Shown here: positions 47,427 through 57,043 of the stretch, piece after piece
How the letters are laid out: every line of letters starts with the position of its first letter
Position numbering within the stretch: position 1 is the stretch's first letter
Position numbers and translations under genes: made by a program
The notes under the pieces: model-generated
What the model saw: only the letters and a program-made list of their open reading frames with translations
Told to the model about the DNA's origin: nothing
Databases searched by the model: none
Virus record (IMG/VR): IMGVR_UViG_2837229570_000001
Source: an uncultured virus (IMG/VR IMGVR_UViG_2837229570_000001)
Taxonomy: Duplodnaviria; Heunggongvirae; Uroviricota; Caudoviricetes
Length of the DNA: 64,000 bases
Strand: one strand, 5' to 3'

Positions 47427-48083
47427 TCAGTCCAGAGTGTCACCAAAGACCGGCGTATCTGCTCCCGCCGTGTCCACATTGCAAGGGCTGTGCATGATCT
47501 GCCCCATTTCCCGTGCCAAAAGCTCATAGCCGTAGTAATCGCCGCTGTCCGCCCACTCACGGAACTGCTGGTAGTTGCCCACGGCCTCCTGCATGACGCA
47601 GGCCACCCGCTCGGCACCAAATCCCAGCGCCTTGTTCATGCCGTAGGCATACAGCTTCGCAACGGTGGCCGCCGCCGCGCGCTGTTCATAGGCCATCGCC
47701 ACATCCCGCTTCTTGGGCAGCTTGTGGATGGGCAGAATGAAGTCTGCCGGGAAGTATGCCGCCGTGTCGGCGGTCAAATCCAGCTCGGCCAGCTCCGGCC
47801 CAGTTTTCTTTTTCCCGTCCACAAGGCGCGGCAAGCCCTCTTTGGTCTGCTGGTAGCGCTCCGCCCGCTCGTTGGCAGCATCCGCCACCCGCTGCAGGCG
47901 CGTTTCTCCAATGCCGTACTTGTCATAGATCGCCGACAGTATGCACATCACAAAGACATCCGCCGTAGCCTTGCGGGCATCGTTTACCCGCTCGCTCTGC
48001 GTCTTTTTCTCCCGCAGAAAGCGCCGTTCCGCCTGTCTGACGGCGTTGTGTCCCCAATATGCAGGTTTACCCTTGTGCTTCAT
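47427..48083 (-). CDS. Hypothetical phage protein
   Basis: 218 aa with duplicated YGIGE.RL / LGFGAERV motif. Confidence 0.6.
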   Translation of the reverse strand: MKHKGKPAYWGHNAVRQAERRFLREKKTQSERVNDARKATADVFVMCILSAIYDKYGIGETRLQRVADAANERAERYQQTKEGLPRLVDGKKKTGPELAELDLTADTAAYFPADFILPIHKLPKKRDVAMAYEQRAAAATVAKLYAYGMNKALGFGAERVACVMQEAVGNYQQFREWADSGDYYGYELLAREMGQIMHSPCNVDTAGADTPVFGDTLD

Positions 48084-48288
48084 TTTCCGCCTCCTGACAG
48101 CCTACCAGCGCCCCGCAGAGGGGGCAGGCGTTGACGCACAGAACATTCAGCCCGCCGCCGGTGGTGGTGCTGTCCATGCACAGGCGCGGTTTGCCGTCCT
48201 CGCCCCACTCCATCCAGAAATCCATGTTGTCCGTGGTGTGCATCTTCTGGTGCCGCTCGCACAGCGGGCACAGTTTTTTTCTTTGCAT
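48067..48288 (-). CDS. Small Zn-finger protein
   Basis: CPLC..CPLCG. Confidence 0.5.
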   Translation of the reverse strand: MQRKKLCPLCERHQKMHTTDNMDFWMEWGEDGKPRLCMDSTTTGGGLNVLCVNACPLCGALVGCQEAENEAQG

Positions 48289-48292
48289 AAAA

Positions 48293-48778
48293 TCACTCCT
48301 TTGCCAGCTTCCGCCACTGGGCATCTTCTTCCTTGCTGTCTGCGGTGATGATTTCCCGGAACTTCCAGCCCAGCGGGCGTACCTGCTCCAAGAAAATCCG
48401 CCGCCGGATATGGTAATCCCGCTGCATCCGCCGGACGAACTTGCTTTTGACCTCCACGATCTCCACGGTGCCGTCGGCATACTCCAAGCGGAAATCCGCC
48501 GTGTAGCGAATGGCGCGCAGTTTTATCCCGTCATACTCGCCCTCCGGGAACAGCACAAAGCGCGGGTGCTGCTCGCATTTCACGATCTCACCCGTTGCCA
48601 TTTTGGGCGCAATGGTGCCTATGTAAAATTCATACTCGCCCCGGCTGTCAAACTCCCGCCCGGTGGCCTTTGCGGCTTTCGCGGCAGCAGAGAGGGAGTT
48701 TCCCGCTCCTTTCGCCCGCCGGGCAAGCTGCTTTTCCGCCTGCGCCCGTGCCCAAGGCGGCAGATCGGACAATTCCAT
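48293..48778 (-). CDS. DUF1064 PD-(D/E)xK nuclease
   Basis: FDSRGE..Y, IRYTADF.L and EIVEVK motifs. Confidence 0.75.
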   Translation of the reverse strand: MELSDLPPWARAQAEKQLARRAKGAGNSLSAAAKAAKATGREFDSRGEYEFYIGTIAPKMATGEIVKCEQHPRFVLFPEGEYDGIKLRAIRYTADFRLEYADGTVEIVEVKSKFVRRMQRDYHIRRRIFLEQVRPLGWKFREIITADSKEEDAQWRKLAKE

Positions 48779-48780
48779 TC

Positions 48781-49653
48781 TCAACGGTTCATCCTCCCAT
48801 TCTTCCGTCCCCGATACGCGCCGTCGGCGGCGGTTTTGAACTCTGCCCGGCGCAAGATCACCAGCGTATGCCGGTGCCCGGTGTTGCTGACCTTTGTTTC
48901 CACCCGGTTCAGGGTGTAGCCCGGATATTTCCGCTCCCAAAATTCCCGGTCGTCGATGTATAGGGTGCTGGCTTCTTCCAGCTTTTTTCGGCTCCACTTG
49001 CTGTCGTTAGGGGGCGGTGTCTTTGGCTTTTCAAGCCCTCGGCTCTGCCTCCACCGGCGGGCGCAGCGCTTGTTCTTGTTGATGTACTGCACAAGCCCCT
49101 CCACGCTGCCGTGGTCGAAATGCAGCCGCTCGCACCGGCAAAGCCCCATCGTTTTTCCGGCGGTGTCTCGCCACAATTCTTCCAGCGTGTCCCGGCTCAA
49201 TCCGTCGGTGTGCTGAATGATGGCGTGGTGGTGGTGGCGGCCGTAGGTAGCCCCCGTTTCGTCGGTGGTGGTGTATTCCGTCGCCATCAGCCACAACGGG
49301 CGCTCAACTCCGTGCTTGTCACACCAGCGGTAGACCCGCCTCATGTATGCCGTCCAGTCCCGATCTACCCGCTCGGTGTCTCCCGGCGCAGGCAGATGGT
49401 CGTCGTCATAGGTGGCCGTCAGAGCATAGTCCTGTTCGGTGAAGTTGGCGTTGACAAGCTGGACGCAATAGCGCTTTGCCCGGTTGTCGTTGTAGGTCTG
49501 CATGGCAAGGGAAGTGGCTTCCTTGCGCTTCGCCCTCCGGCTCGCCCGGTGTTTCTTCGCTGACACAGCATAGAGATCAACTTCCATGTAAGGGGCGGTG
49601 TCGTAGTCTTTCCCGCAGATATGTTTTTGTTCCCGGTAATATATCGCAGACAC
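48781..49653 (-). CDS. HUH-type replication initiator-like protein
   Basis: LVNANF..LTATY, ATE..GRHHHHAII, EELW..G, LVQYINK and RRW.QSRGL motifs. Confidence 0.65.
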   Translation of the reverse strand: MSAIYYREQKHICGKDYDTAPYMEVDLYAVSAKKHRASRRAKRKEATSLAMQTYNDNRAKRYCVQLVNANFTEQDYALTATYDDDHLPAPGDTERVDRDWTAYMRRVYRWCDKHGVERPLWLMATEYTTTDETGATYGRHHHHAIIQHTDGLSRDTLEELWRDTAGKTMGLCRCERLHFDHGSVEGLVQYINKNKRCARRWRQSRGLEKPKTPPPNDSKWSRKKLEEASTLYIDDREFWERKYPGYTLNRVETKVSNTGHRHTLVILRRAEFKTAADGAYRGRKNGRMNR

Positions 49654-49964
49654 AGCTTTACGCCCCTTTCGCGAGATTGCGTTCACCTATGCGGGGGCGT
49701 TGCCCCCGTATTTTGTTATCACGGAGGAATACCCCCCCATTGCTCCGCAGGCAAGGGAGGACAACGCCGGGCGGGGCGTTTCCGCTCTGCATCTGGCCGT
49801 GCAGCATGGCCCCGCCCTCTGTTTTCCCCCCTTGGCCCCTCTTTCCCCGGCTCTGTGGTTCTAAAGTTAAGCACGATATACAAGCCCCATGCGGCCCGCA
49901 GGCCGCATAAGATTTCCGCCGCCGGGGTGGGGTTTTTCATTTTCCGCACCGGCGGCGGGGAGCT

Positions 49965-50192
49965 TCACACATTGATGTACCTGTTCTGGCAGTTCACATT
50001 GTTGCAAAACCGCTCTGTTCCGATCACGCGCAGCGGTTGCCCGCAGAATTGGCAGAAGTTGCCAGCCTGCCGGGGCGGAGCATCGTCCGCGTGCGTGCCG
50101 CCGTATCTCATGCGGTTTATCAGGCACACCACTGACCCCGGCTGCGCCGCCGCGATGCAATGCTCTTTCGCCTTGCAGTTGTAGCACTCCAT
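49965..50192 (-). CDS. Cys-rich Zn-finger protein
   Basis: CxxC motifs. Confidence 0.5.
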   Translation of the reverse strand: MECYNCKAKEHCIAAAQPGSVVCLINRMRYGGTHADDAPPRQAGNFCQFCGQPLRVIGTERFCNNVNCQNRYINV

Positions 50193-50196
50193 GCCG

Positions 50197-50712
50197 TTAC
50201 TCCTTGTCTTTTCTGTTCTCGCAGCCGCCGGGCTGGCACTTGATGCACGGCAGATCGGTCGCGCCGCACACCGTGCCCGCTTCCTTTTCGGCTTCCAGCC
50301 GGTCAGCCAGCCGGGACAGCTTGATACTCTCCCAGTCGGAACAGTCCCCGAAGATCACATGGAGCTGGTTCAACATGATTTCCACATCGGCGCGTTCCTC
50401 GTTGATGGATTCCAGCACCGCCGGGCGTTTGCCGTAACGAATGAATTTCAGCAGGGCCTTGGTCAGCTCCGCCATTTCTTCAACGGCGATAAGGATTTGT
50501 GCGTTGGCACCATAGGTTTGCACAGCCGCCTCATAGAGCGCCATTTCCTGCTGCGCTGCCGTCATGGCTTCATCCGCCGCCGCGAGCTGGGCTTTCAGCG
50601 CCTCCACGCCCATGCGGCAAGCCTCGGTGACTTCTTCCAAACCGCCCTCGCGCTCGTAGTACAGTTCGCGGTGTTCGGGGTTAAGAATTTCAATCGCTCT
50701 CTGAATATCCAT
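50197..50712 (-). CDS. MazG-like NTP pyrophosphohydrolase
   Basis: AVEEMAELTKALLK..INEERADVEIML. Confidence 0.7.
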   Translation of the reverse strand: MDIQRAIEILNPEHRELYYEREGGLEEVTEACRMGVEALKAQLAAADEAMTAAQQEMALYEAAVQTYGANAQILIAVEEMAELTKALLKFIRYGKRPAVLESINEERADVEIMLNQLHVIFGDCSDWESIKLSRLADRLEAEKEAGTVCGATDLPCIKCQPGGCENRKDKE

Positions 50713-51541
50713 TGTGTTCCTCCTTATGTGGCAGCATTTTTGCTGTCGCTTCCACAAAAAATTCCTTTGATCGCTCAAAGCCATAGGCGTTTCGCCCGCA
50801 CTCATAAGCAGCGCGCAAGGTCGAACCACTACCAGCCACTGGGTCGATCACGACATCGCCGGGGTCTGTGAAAATCTCAATCAGTTTTTTCAGCAGCCCA
50901 ACCGGCTTTTGCGTGGGATGAATTTTGGGGTACTCTTTTCCGTCCCGCTCCCACGGGAACCAGTTAAATACCATGTGACCAGTCCCGCGAATGATCTTTC
51001 CTTTATCGTCCCTCTGCGCGCCATTGCGAAACTTTGGCAGCTTGTCCCGATAAAGCACCACCGCGAACTCTGTTGCTCCCACGATACGCATATTGGCTTT
51101 CAGGACTTGCGCGGAATAGTTTTTGCAGAAGAACAGAGGGTAGGAATTTTTGAATCCATACTGTTTCCCGTATTCTGTTACAGTCTGCATCTGCTCATAG
51201 GCACAGAATACGATCATGGCCGGTGCTGTTCCGGGCGCTTTCGGCTCTTTTTTCAACAGGCGGTTGCAAAAGTGCATATACTCTGCGATTTTGAATTGCC
51301 CATCACCGTCAAAGAAAGCCGATTTTGCCAATTTGCTTTCCCCGTTCCTGTTGTCGCCGCCGTTATACCACATCGGATTGCTCCCATAAGCATCGGCTCC
51401 GATGTTGTACGGAATATCAGCAATCACAAGCTGGGCTTTGGGAATGTTATATCTCTTGAAATTCTGGAAATTATCGTGGTACAGCTCGACCTTTATCTCT
51501 TTGCGCTTGCCCTCGATGTGATCTGCCAGCTCATTCCCCAT
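50690..51541 (-). CDS. N4/N6 DNA methyltransferase (beta class)
   Basis: IADIPYN, HPTQKPV and VIDPVAGSGST motifs. Confidence 0.88.
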   Translation of the reverse strand: MGNELADHIEGKRKEIKVELYHDNFQNFKRYNIPKAQLVIADIPYNIGADAYGSNPMWYNGGDNRNGESKLAKSAFFDGDGQFKIAEYMHFCNRLLKKEPKAPGTAPAMIVFCAYEQMQTVTEYGKQYGFKNSYPLFFCKNYSAQVLKANMRIVGATEFAVVLYRDKLPKFRNGAQRDDKGKIIRGTGHMVFNWFPWERDGKEYPKIHPTQKPVGLLKKLIEIFTDPGDVVIDPVAGSGSTLRAAYECGRNAYGFERSKEFFVEATAKMLPHKEEHNGYSESD

Positions 51542-52196
51542 CGGCCATATCCTCCATTTCGACCTGTTCCGGCTCCGCTTCGCCCTCTGCGATCTCCGCC
51601 GCCTCTCCCGCTTCCGCCCGCGCACGCTGGCGGAAAAGCTGCTCGGCGCAAAGTGCCTCAAATTCCTGAAGCTCTGCAAGGAATTTCTCGCTGATAATCT
51701 GCAATGGAAGAATGACTGCCAAGATGCTGAATCCATCCTTGACGGCAATATACCGCGTCCCGCTCGGCAGGCGGCGCACCGTCATTTCCAGATAGTCGCT
51801 ATCTTTCAGCACATCGGACAGCGGGGCAAGATAGTTGTCGTCATAAAAGATCAGCTCGCCGTCGTTGGTGCGCAGGGCGGATGCATATATACCTTTGACT
51901 GCCGCCACCATGGCGACCGGCTTTGTGGCCTGTTCGCCGGGGTCGTAGTCCCGCAGGTTATAACCGATCACATCCCGCGTTTCTTCGCAGTCATATTCCC
52001 GCAGATAAACCTTGTCCATCTGCTTATCGTCAAGGCTCAAAATGGCTCGCGTCTGCTCTCGTCCGCTGAACTCCGGCAGCTCACCGGCGCGATATATCGC
52101 CCCTTTGCAGCCCAGCCATACACCGTCGTTATGTACCCGGAACACACTGCAAAGGCCCTCCCGCCGCACCAGCGCGGCATACTTTGATAGCTTCAT
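51531..52196 (-). CDS. Hypothetical phage protein
   Basis: 221 aa; GGAGG RBS. Confidence 0.6.
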   Translation of the reverse strand: MKLSKYAALVRREGLCSVFRVHNDGVWLGCKGAIYRAGELPEFSGREQTRAILSLDDKQMDKVYLREYDCEETRDVIGYNLRDYDPGEQATKPVAMVAAVKGIYASALRTNDGELIFYDDNYLAPLSDVLKDSDYLEMTVRRLPSGTRYIAVKDGFSILAVILPLQIISEKFLAELQEFEALCAEQLFRQRARAEAGEAAEIAEGEAEPEQVEMEDMADGE

Positions 52197-52509
52197 CGTG
52201 CGCCCTCCTTATCCCATCAGGAACAGCCAGCACAGCTTAATGATCGCCGCAGGGGCGATGATTGCCGCCGCCGACCACAGCGCGGCACCCACCACCAACA
52301 GCGCACCAAACAACAGCGCCAACGCCTCGTTGTTCTCGTTCTTCATAAAGGCTCTACCTCCGCCGGGTATTCCTTGTCCTGATCGTCCCGCTCGGCATCC
52401 TCCCGGACATGGTTCAGAAAGGTTTCCGTCTGCCGCAGGCAGAACGCTTCTTCACCCTCGGCCTGCAGTTCCAAGCCGAAATAGCGCATCGTGATCTTTG
52501 CCATGGCTG

Positions 52510-53049
52510 TTATCTCCTTTCACCGATGGTCACATAGGCCGTTCCCCGGCTGTTGATCTCCATGTCAACAGGGCTGCCGCAGTCCATGCAGATGTGCGTG
52601 TGCTGCTTTGCCGTCAGATTGGTTTTGTAGCGGAAAGTCTTGCCGCATTTACAGTGCATGAACATGGGGCGCAGCTTTTCCAGCGGCGTTTCGTGACCGC
52701 ACTTGCACTTAAAGCCGTAGGTTTCCCGTCGGGCGTTATAGGCTTTGACCTCGCCGCAATCCTCGCACTGAATCATCAGAAAGCCCTTGTACGGCCCCTG
52801 ATCGCTGTCGGGGTTTCGGGGCTGTGCCGGGGTGTCCCATGTATCGCGGCTGCCAAACACCCGCTCCGTCCGGCTCCGGCGCTCCGGCTCCCGCTGGGGT
52901 GCGGTGCTTGCTTTGGCGGGCTGATTATCCAGCCGGACGCTCTCGCCGGTGGCCGTGTCCTCCAAATACACGCCGCCGTCCTTGGCAAACGCCCGCAGCG
53001 CGCCCCGCTGGCACAGCTCCCGCACGCTCTGAATGTTGATGTTCTCCAT
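52510..53049 (-). CDS. Zn-ribbon protein
   Basis: YKGFL.I.CE.CG..C.CG..CKCG..C..CG. Confidence 0.6.
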   Translation of the reverse strand: MENINIQSVRELCQRGALRAFAKDGGVYLEDTATGESVRLDNQPAKASTAPQREPERRSRTERVFGSRDTWDTPAQPRNPDSDQGPYKGFLMIQCEDCGEVKAYNARRETYGFKCKCGHETPLEKLRPMFMHCKCGKTFRYKTNLTAKQHTHICMDCGSPVDMEINSRGTAYVTIGERR

Positions 53050-53060
53050 GGTGTTTCCTC

Positions 53061-53300
53061 CTATTTTCTTTTGAAACTCTTGTATGCCGGGCAGGTTGCC
53101 CAGTGCGGTACAAACGCCACCGTGCCCGTGTTGATCTCCGTCGCGGTGCCGGTGATGGTGTCGCCCTCGTCGGTGATGAAAACCTGATTGCCGCCCTCGG
53201 CCACAAATACCGGCTCCGGGTTGATGGGCATTGCCTTTCCGCTTTTCATCCGCACCCAGTCGATTTCCGTGCCACAGCCTTTACAGATGCTCATAGTCAA
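53061..53300 (-). CDS. Small Zn-binding phage protein
   Basis: CKGCG.EI.W..SGK.MP..HWATCP. Confidence 0.6.
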   Translation of the reverse strand: MTMSICKGCGTEIDWVRMKSGKAMPINPEPVFVAEGGNQVFITDEGDTITGTATEINTGTVAFVPHWATCPAYKSFKRK

Positions 53301-53716
53301 TCCCCCGTGCTGCCGTAGCCGCCGCGATCACGATTGCCCAGCGTTTCCACCGGCGCAAACTCAACAGCCGCCGCTTTCTCCACGATGCGGAATTGACAGA
53401 TGCGCGTGCCTTTGGGAATCTTCACGCCCTCTTTGCGCAGGCACAGGGCGGGGAGGCCCCAAATGTCGCCGTCGCCGCAGTAGTCGTTTTCGATCACGCC
53501 CATGCTGTTTGCCTGAATAATGCCCCACTTCTTAAAGGTAGAGCTGCGCGGGACGACATGGGCATAGTAGCCTTTCGGCAGCTCCATCGACACGCCAAGC
53601 GAAATGATCTTGAAGTCGAGAAAGCCCAGCTCCACATCCTCCGCCGTGGCAAGGTCTACCCATTCGCCGTGACTTTCCGGCAGTGGGTTCCCGTGCGTAT
53701 TGATCTTGATTTCCAT
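53297..53716 (-). CDS. dut: Trimeric dUTPase
   Basis: VDL, PRSS, GVIENDY.G, RICQ and RGGYGSTG motifs. Confidence 0.88.
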   Translation of the reverse strand: MEIKINTHGNPLPESHGEWVDLATAEDVELGFLDFKIISLGVSMELPKGYYAHVVPRSSTFKKWGIIQANSMGVIENDYCGDGDIWGLPALCLRKEGVKIPKGTRICQFRIVEKAAAVEFAPVETLGNRDRGGYGSTGD

Positions 53717-53749
53717 AGCTTCGCCTCCTGATTATTTGAAACCGGCAAA

Positions 53750-53959
53750 TCACTTGAACAATCTCCCGGTTTTCTTCTCTTTGAGCGTTATCCTGCCGAC
53801 GATCTCAAAGCCCGCAAGCTCGGCGATCTGGCGGAACGCATAGATGATGGCCCTGTTTTTCTTCTCGGCCTCGGTTTCCTGTTCGATGATCTCTTTGGTG
53901 CCGTAGTATGCGGTGGGGTCTGCATAGCCCTCCGCGTTCTTCCGTGGATTGCCTGTCAT
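53750..53959 (-). CDS. Small phage protein
   Basis: KNAEGY.DPTAY..GFEIVGRI. Confidence 0.6.
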   Translation of the reverse strand: MTGNPRKNAEGYADPTAYYGTKEIIEQETEAEKKNRAIIYAFRQIAELAGFEIVGRITLKEKKTGRLFK

Positions 53960-54288
53960 GCCGTGCCCCTTTCTTGCTTGGTGTTTCTCCTTTTGCCGTC
54001 GCCGCAGAAATAGTTCTCGTCAAACATTTTCCAATCCGAACTTTCGTGAGGATGGCAAAACTCGCCGTCAGACAGGACGAAGTGCGAGTGAATGTCACAC
54101 CACCCTAATTCTTTGTGGTAATGCTCGCACTCGCGGCAACGCACAACTGGCACCCAGTCTTTCACATTTTCTGCCTGTTGCTTTAGCTGCCTTTCCATCG
54201 TTTCCTCGTTGTGTTCAGCGCACCGAAGATGTGCCAACAATTCCGCTTTTGGTAAGCGCAGCAATGTGGAATCGGCCAGCCTTTTCAT
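53956..54288 (-). CDS. Hypothetical phage protein
   Basis: PVVRC.EC.H..FCGDG. Confidence 0.55.
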   Translation of the reverse strand: MKRLADSTLLRLPKAELLAHLRCAEHNEETMERQLKQQAENVKDWVPVVRCRECEHYHKELGWCDIHSHFVLSDGEFCHPHESSDWKMFDENYFCGDGKRRNTKQERGTA

Positions 54289-55103
54289 TTCCGGCTCCTT
54301 TCCGCATAGAACATATACTGCTGGATAACACCGGCAGTCTGCGGGTACAGCTCCACCGGGAATTTCCCGGCATACTCTCTGGCGATGATCTTCTTTATCC
54401 ATGTGTCCACCGGGAACGCCTCTTTGCGGCCAAGGCCGAACAGGAGGATGCAGTTGCTCACCTTTTCCCCGATGCCGAAGATGCTTTTCAGGTAGGTGTG
54501 CGCCGCCTCGGTGGGCATCTGTTGGATGGCGGCAAGGTCAATTTTTCCGTAGCACACATTTTGCGCGAGGCGGGCGATATACTTGTCCCGGTAGCCCAGC
54601 CCCAGCCCTTGCAGCGCTTGCAGATTGACCAGCGCCGCCGGAGTGGGAAATGTATGGTAGGTGCCATACACGCCCTCCCGCGCCTCTCCCAGCTTTTTGC
54701 ACATGGCCGCAATCGTCTTTTTGATGCGGGGGATGTTGTTGTTTTGGCTGATGATAAACGACACCATGATTTCCCACAGATCGGCGTTGAGGATACGCAG
54801 CCCCGCCGCGCTCTCCGCCGCCGCGCGGAGGTAATGATCTTCCGCCGGAATGGAACGAATGATCGCGCCGTAGTCCGTCCCGGCATCCAGATAATGCCGC
54901 CACCTATTTAATTTGTTATCTTCGCGCCACAGTTCAACGCCACCGTCAACTTGTCCAAGCAACGCTTGATCTGCACCGTCGCACACGATATATGCACCGC
55001 TGGGGAAAGACGGGTGATCGGTCGCTTTCCAACGAAAGCACTGCCCGCTCTCGGCGATCTGCCGGAGATTGCAGTGGTTTGAAATCAGCAAGCATTTCTC
55101 CAT
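54285..55103 (-). CDS. 8-oxoguanine DNA glycosylase (OGG1-like, HhH-GPD)
   Basis: SGQCFRW, SFIISQNNNIPRI, GIGEKVSNC and FPVDTWI motifs. Confidence 0.88.
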   Translation of the reverse strand: MEKCLLISNHCNLRQIAESGQCFRWKATDHPSFPSGAYIVCDGADQALLGQVDGGVELWREDNKLNRWRHYLDAGTDYGAIIRSIPAEDHYLRAAAESAAGLRILNADLWEIMVSFIISQNNNIPRIKKTIAAMCKKLGEAREGVYGTYHTFPTPAALVNLQALQGLGLGYRDKYIARLAQNVCYGKIDLAAIQQMPTEAAHTYLKSIFGIGEKVSNCILLFGLGRKEAFPVDTWIKKIIAREYAGKFPVELYPQTAGVIQQYMFYAERSRK

Positions 55104-55105
55104 GA

Positions 55106-55270
55106 TTACCTCCCGGCGTTGGCCTTTTCGCAGCAGATCACGGCGGCAAGACGGCTCTGCGCCGCGTTAAGCTCCATGATTGCCGCGTCGATATGTTCCG
55201 CGTCCGCGAAAGCAAAGTGGTTTTCCGCCACCCGCAGCGCGGCCAACGCTTCCTTAAATTCAGGTGTCAT
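55106..55270 (-). CDS. YaaL/DUF2508-like protein
   Basis: AENHF.FA...IDAAI.ELNAA. Confidence 0.55.
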   Translation of the reverse strand: MTPEFKEALAALRVAENHFAFADAEHIDAAIMELNAAQSRLAAVICCEKANAGR

Positions 55271-55557
55271 TCGGTTGCCCCCTCTGCAAAAATGATGGGT
55301 TTCCCGACATACTTGCACCACGCATATTCCAGCATCGCGCCCTTGCTTTCTTTGTAGTCAGGGAGGAACATCACCGCGTCCGCCGCCTCCATCATCGCAA
55401 AGCAAATCCGCATATAATCGACCGGGCGTAGCCCGTCGGGATTGTTTGCCGGGTTCAGGGCGATGTGCCCGACCTGTTCCATTTCGTTTGCCGCAGCGCT
55501 GAATTTCTCCTTGTAGTGCGCGTCGCCGGTGATCTTGCCCGATATGTAGATTTTCAT
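55267..55557 (-). CDS. DUF4406 protein
   Basis: MKIYISGKITG..F..A..LNPA..YM.I..S.GA.LE. Confidence 0.8.
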   Translation of the reverse strand: MKIYISGKITGDAHYKEKFSAAANEMEQVGHIALNPANNPDGLRPVDYMRICFAMMEAADAVMFLPDYKESKGAMLEYAWCKYVGKPIIFAEGATE

Positions 55558-56033
55558 TTCTCCGCCCTCCATTCCAAAGCTGGGAGCATGGGCGGCATCT
55601 TGGCTGTCTGGTAGCTCTGCTCGATCTGCGGCATCATGTACTCTCCGACGGTCTGGCCGTTCGGCAGCACGGTATCGTAGAAAAATTCCCGCTCGAATAC
55701 CGAAATGCCCGCTTCACAGGCAGCAAACTTTGCCTTGATCGTCACGGCCAGCGCCCGCCACCGCTGGCGCACTTCCTGTTCGTATGCCTTTTCCTGCTGC
55801 TCCTTGGTGCGAAGTTGCCCCCGCGCCGGGGTGTGGGTGATCTCGCGGTCATTCCTGCTGGGCAGCGGCAGAACAAAGCGTACCTGTCTGCCGTTCATGG
55901 TAAAGCCGATCACCGCCGCCTCGTCTTTCCAGCCGTAAATAAACTGGCTGGCCCCGAAGCGCACAAGTGTCCGCTCGATCTCGTTCCGGCTCTCGCCGGA
56001 AGAAACCGCCGTGTTTTCTGCGTACTTCGCCAA
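55554..56033 (-). CDS. Hypothetical phage protein
   Basis: SR.EIE..L..FGA; RQRWRAL..IKAK..FEREF. Confidence 0.65.
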   Translation of the reverse strand: MAKYAENTAVSSGESRNEIERTLVRFGASQFIYGWKDEAAVIGFTMNGRQVRFVLPLPSRNDREITHTPARGQLRTKEQQEKAYEQEVRQRWRALAVTIKAKFAACEAGISVFEREFFYDTVLPNGQTVGEYMMPQIEQSYQTAKMPPMLPALEWRAEK

Positions 56034-56052
56034 AGTAAACCATCCCTTTCTG

Positions 56053-56965
56053 TCAAAACCATTTCATCTGAATGTCACCATCCAGCATTGACCATTTGAA
56101 AGTCTTGTCGCCCGGCAACAATATCCCGGCATCTTCAAGCGCAAACCGCCGGTCATAATCGTGTACTGTGTGGCCGTCCGGCTTAAAGCTCACTGGGCTG
56201 TCACTGTCCCATTTCATAAGTAATTTCCATAGATCAGGGTACATCTGCCGCAGCTTCCGCATCTGATCTATGCCTTGGTTATGGCAGAACCAGCAACCGC
56301 CGCGCGTAGCCGTCGTGTAAATCGGCGACAATAGCCCGGCGTATTTGCACCATAGGCCGCAATAATCTTCTTCCCATCCCAGTTCTACCAGCGGAAGAAG
56401 TACGCCCGGTTTGGTATGGCGCGCTATTCGCTCCCGCTCGTCAGCCGCTATTCCAAAGTAATGCACAGTATTTGTGTTCGCGCCCCGTGCGGCGCAGGCA
56501 GAAAAGCCCTCTGTTTCAGATCGCTGGTGCACCAATTTCCCTTTATCATCGGGAAGCCTCTTATCAGCGCACCCCCCCCGCGTTATCTAATGGGTTGGTT
56601 TTTAATCTGTCGTTGCACCAAGCGCCTTTCTGATACGGAAATCCCGCCGGACTGCCGCCAGTAAACTTTCCTCCGGGTTTTCTGTTCGGTACATGGTAAA
56701 AAAGCTGTTCGTATGTGCGCTTTGTTCCATCGGCATTTCGCGCGCATATATGTTCAACTTCAATGCCCCATCGGCGTTTTATTTCATCATCCGCATACTG
56801 CTTAAACTCGACCATCGGGGGAGGGTCTGCCGGAATCGTATCGGTTGCCCACACATCAGCGGTTACGATACGATGAAGCGGCCAGCCCAGCAGCTCGATT
56901 GCCCGCAGGCACGCCATGCTGTCTTTGCCATATGAAAGGCTCAATACATATTCTTCCGTAGGCAT
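56053..56965 (-). pseudogene. PAPS-reductase/PP-loop-like gene split at a G8 tract (possibly phase-variable)
   Basis: LSLSYGKDS half and GIAADE..RGGCWFC half lie in different frames; C8 at 56572-56579. Confidence 0.75.
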
Positions 56966-57043
56966 CCCCGCCGCCCTCCTTTGCTTGGTCTTTCTGGGCC
57001 GGTGCTGTTTTGTGCCCGCACAACCGGCCAAAGCGGGATGTAT

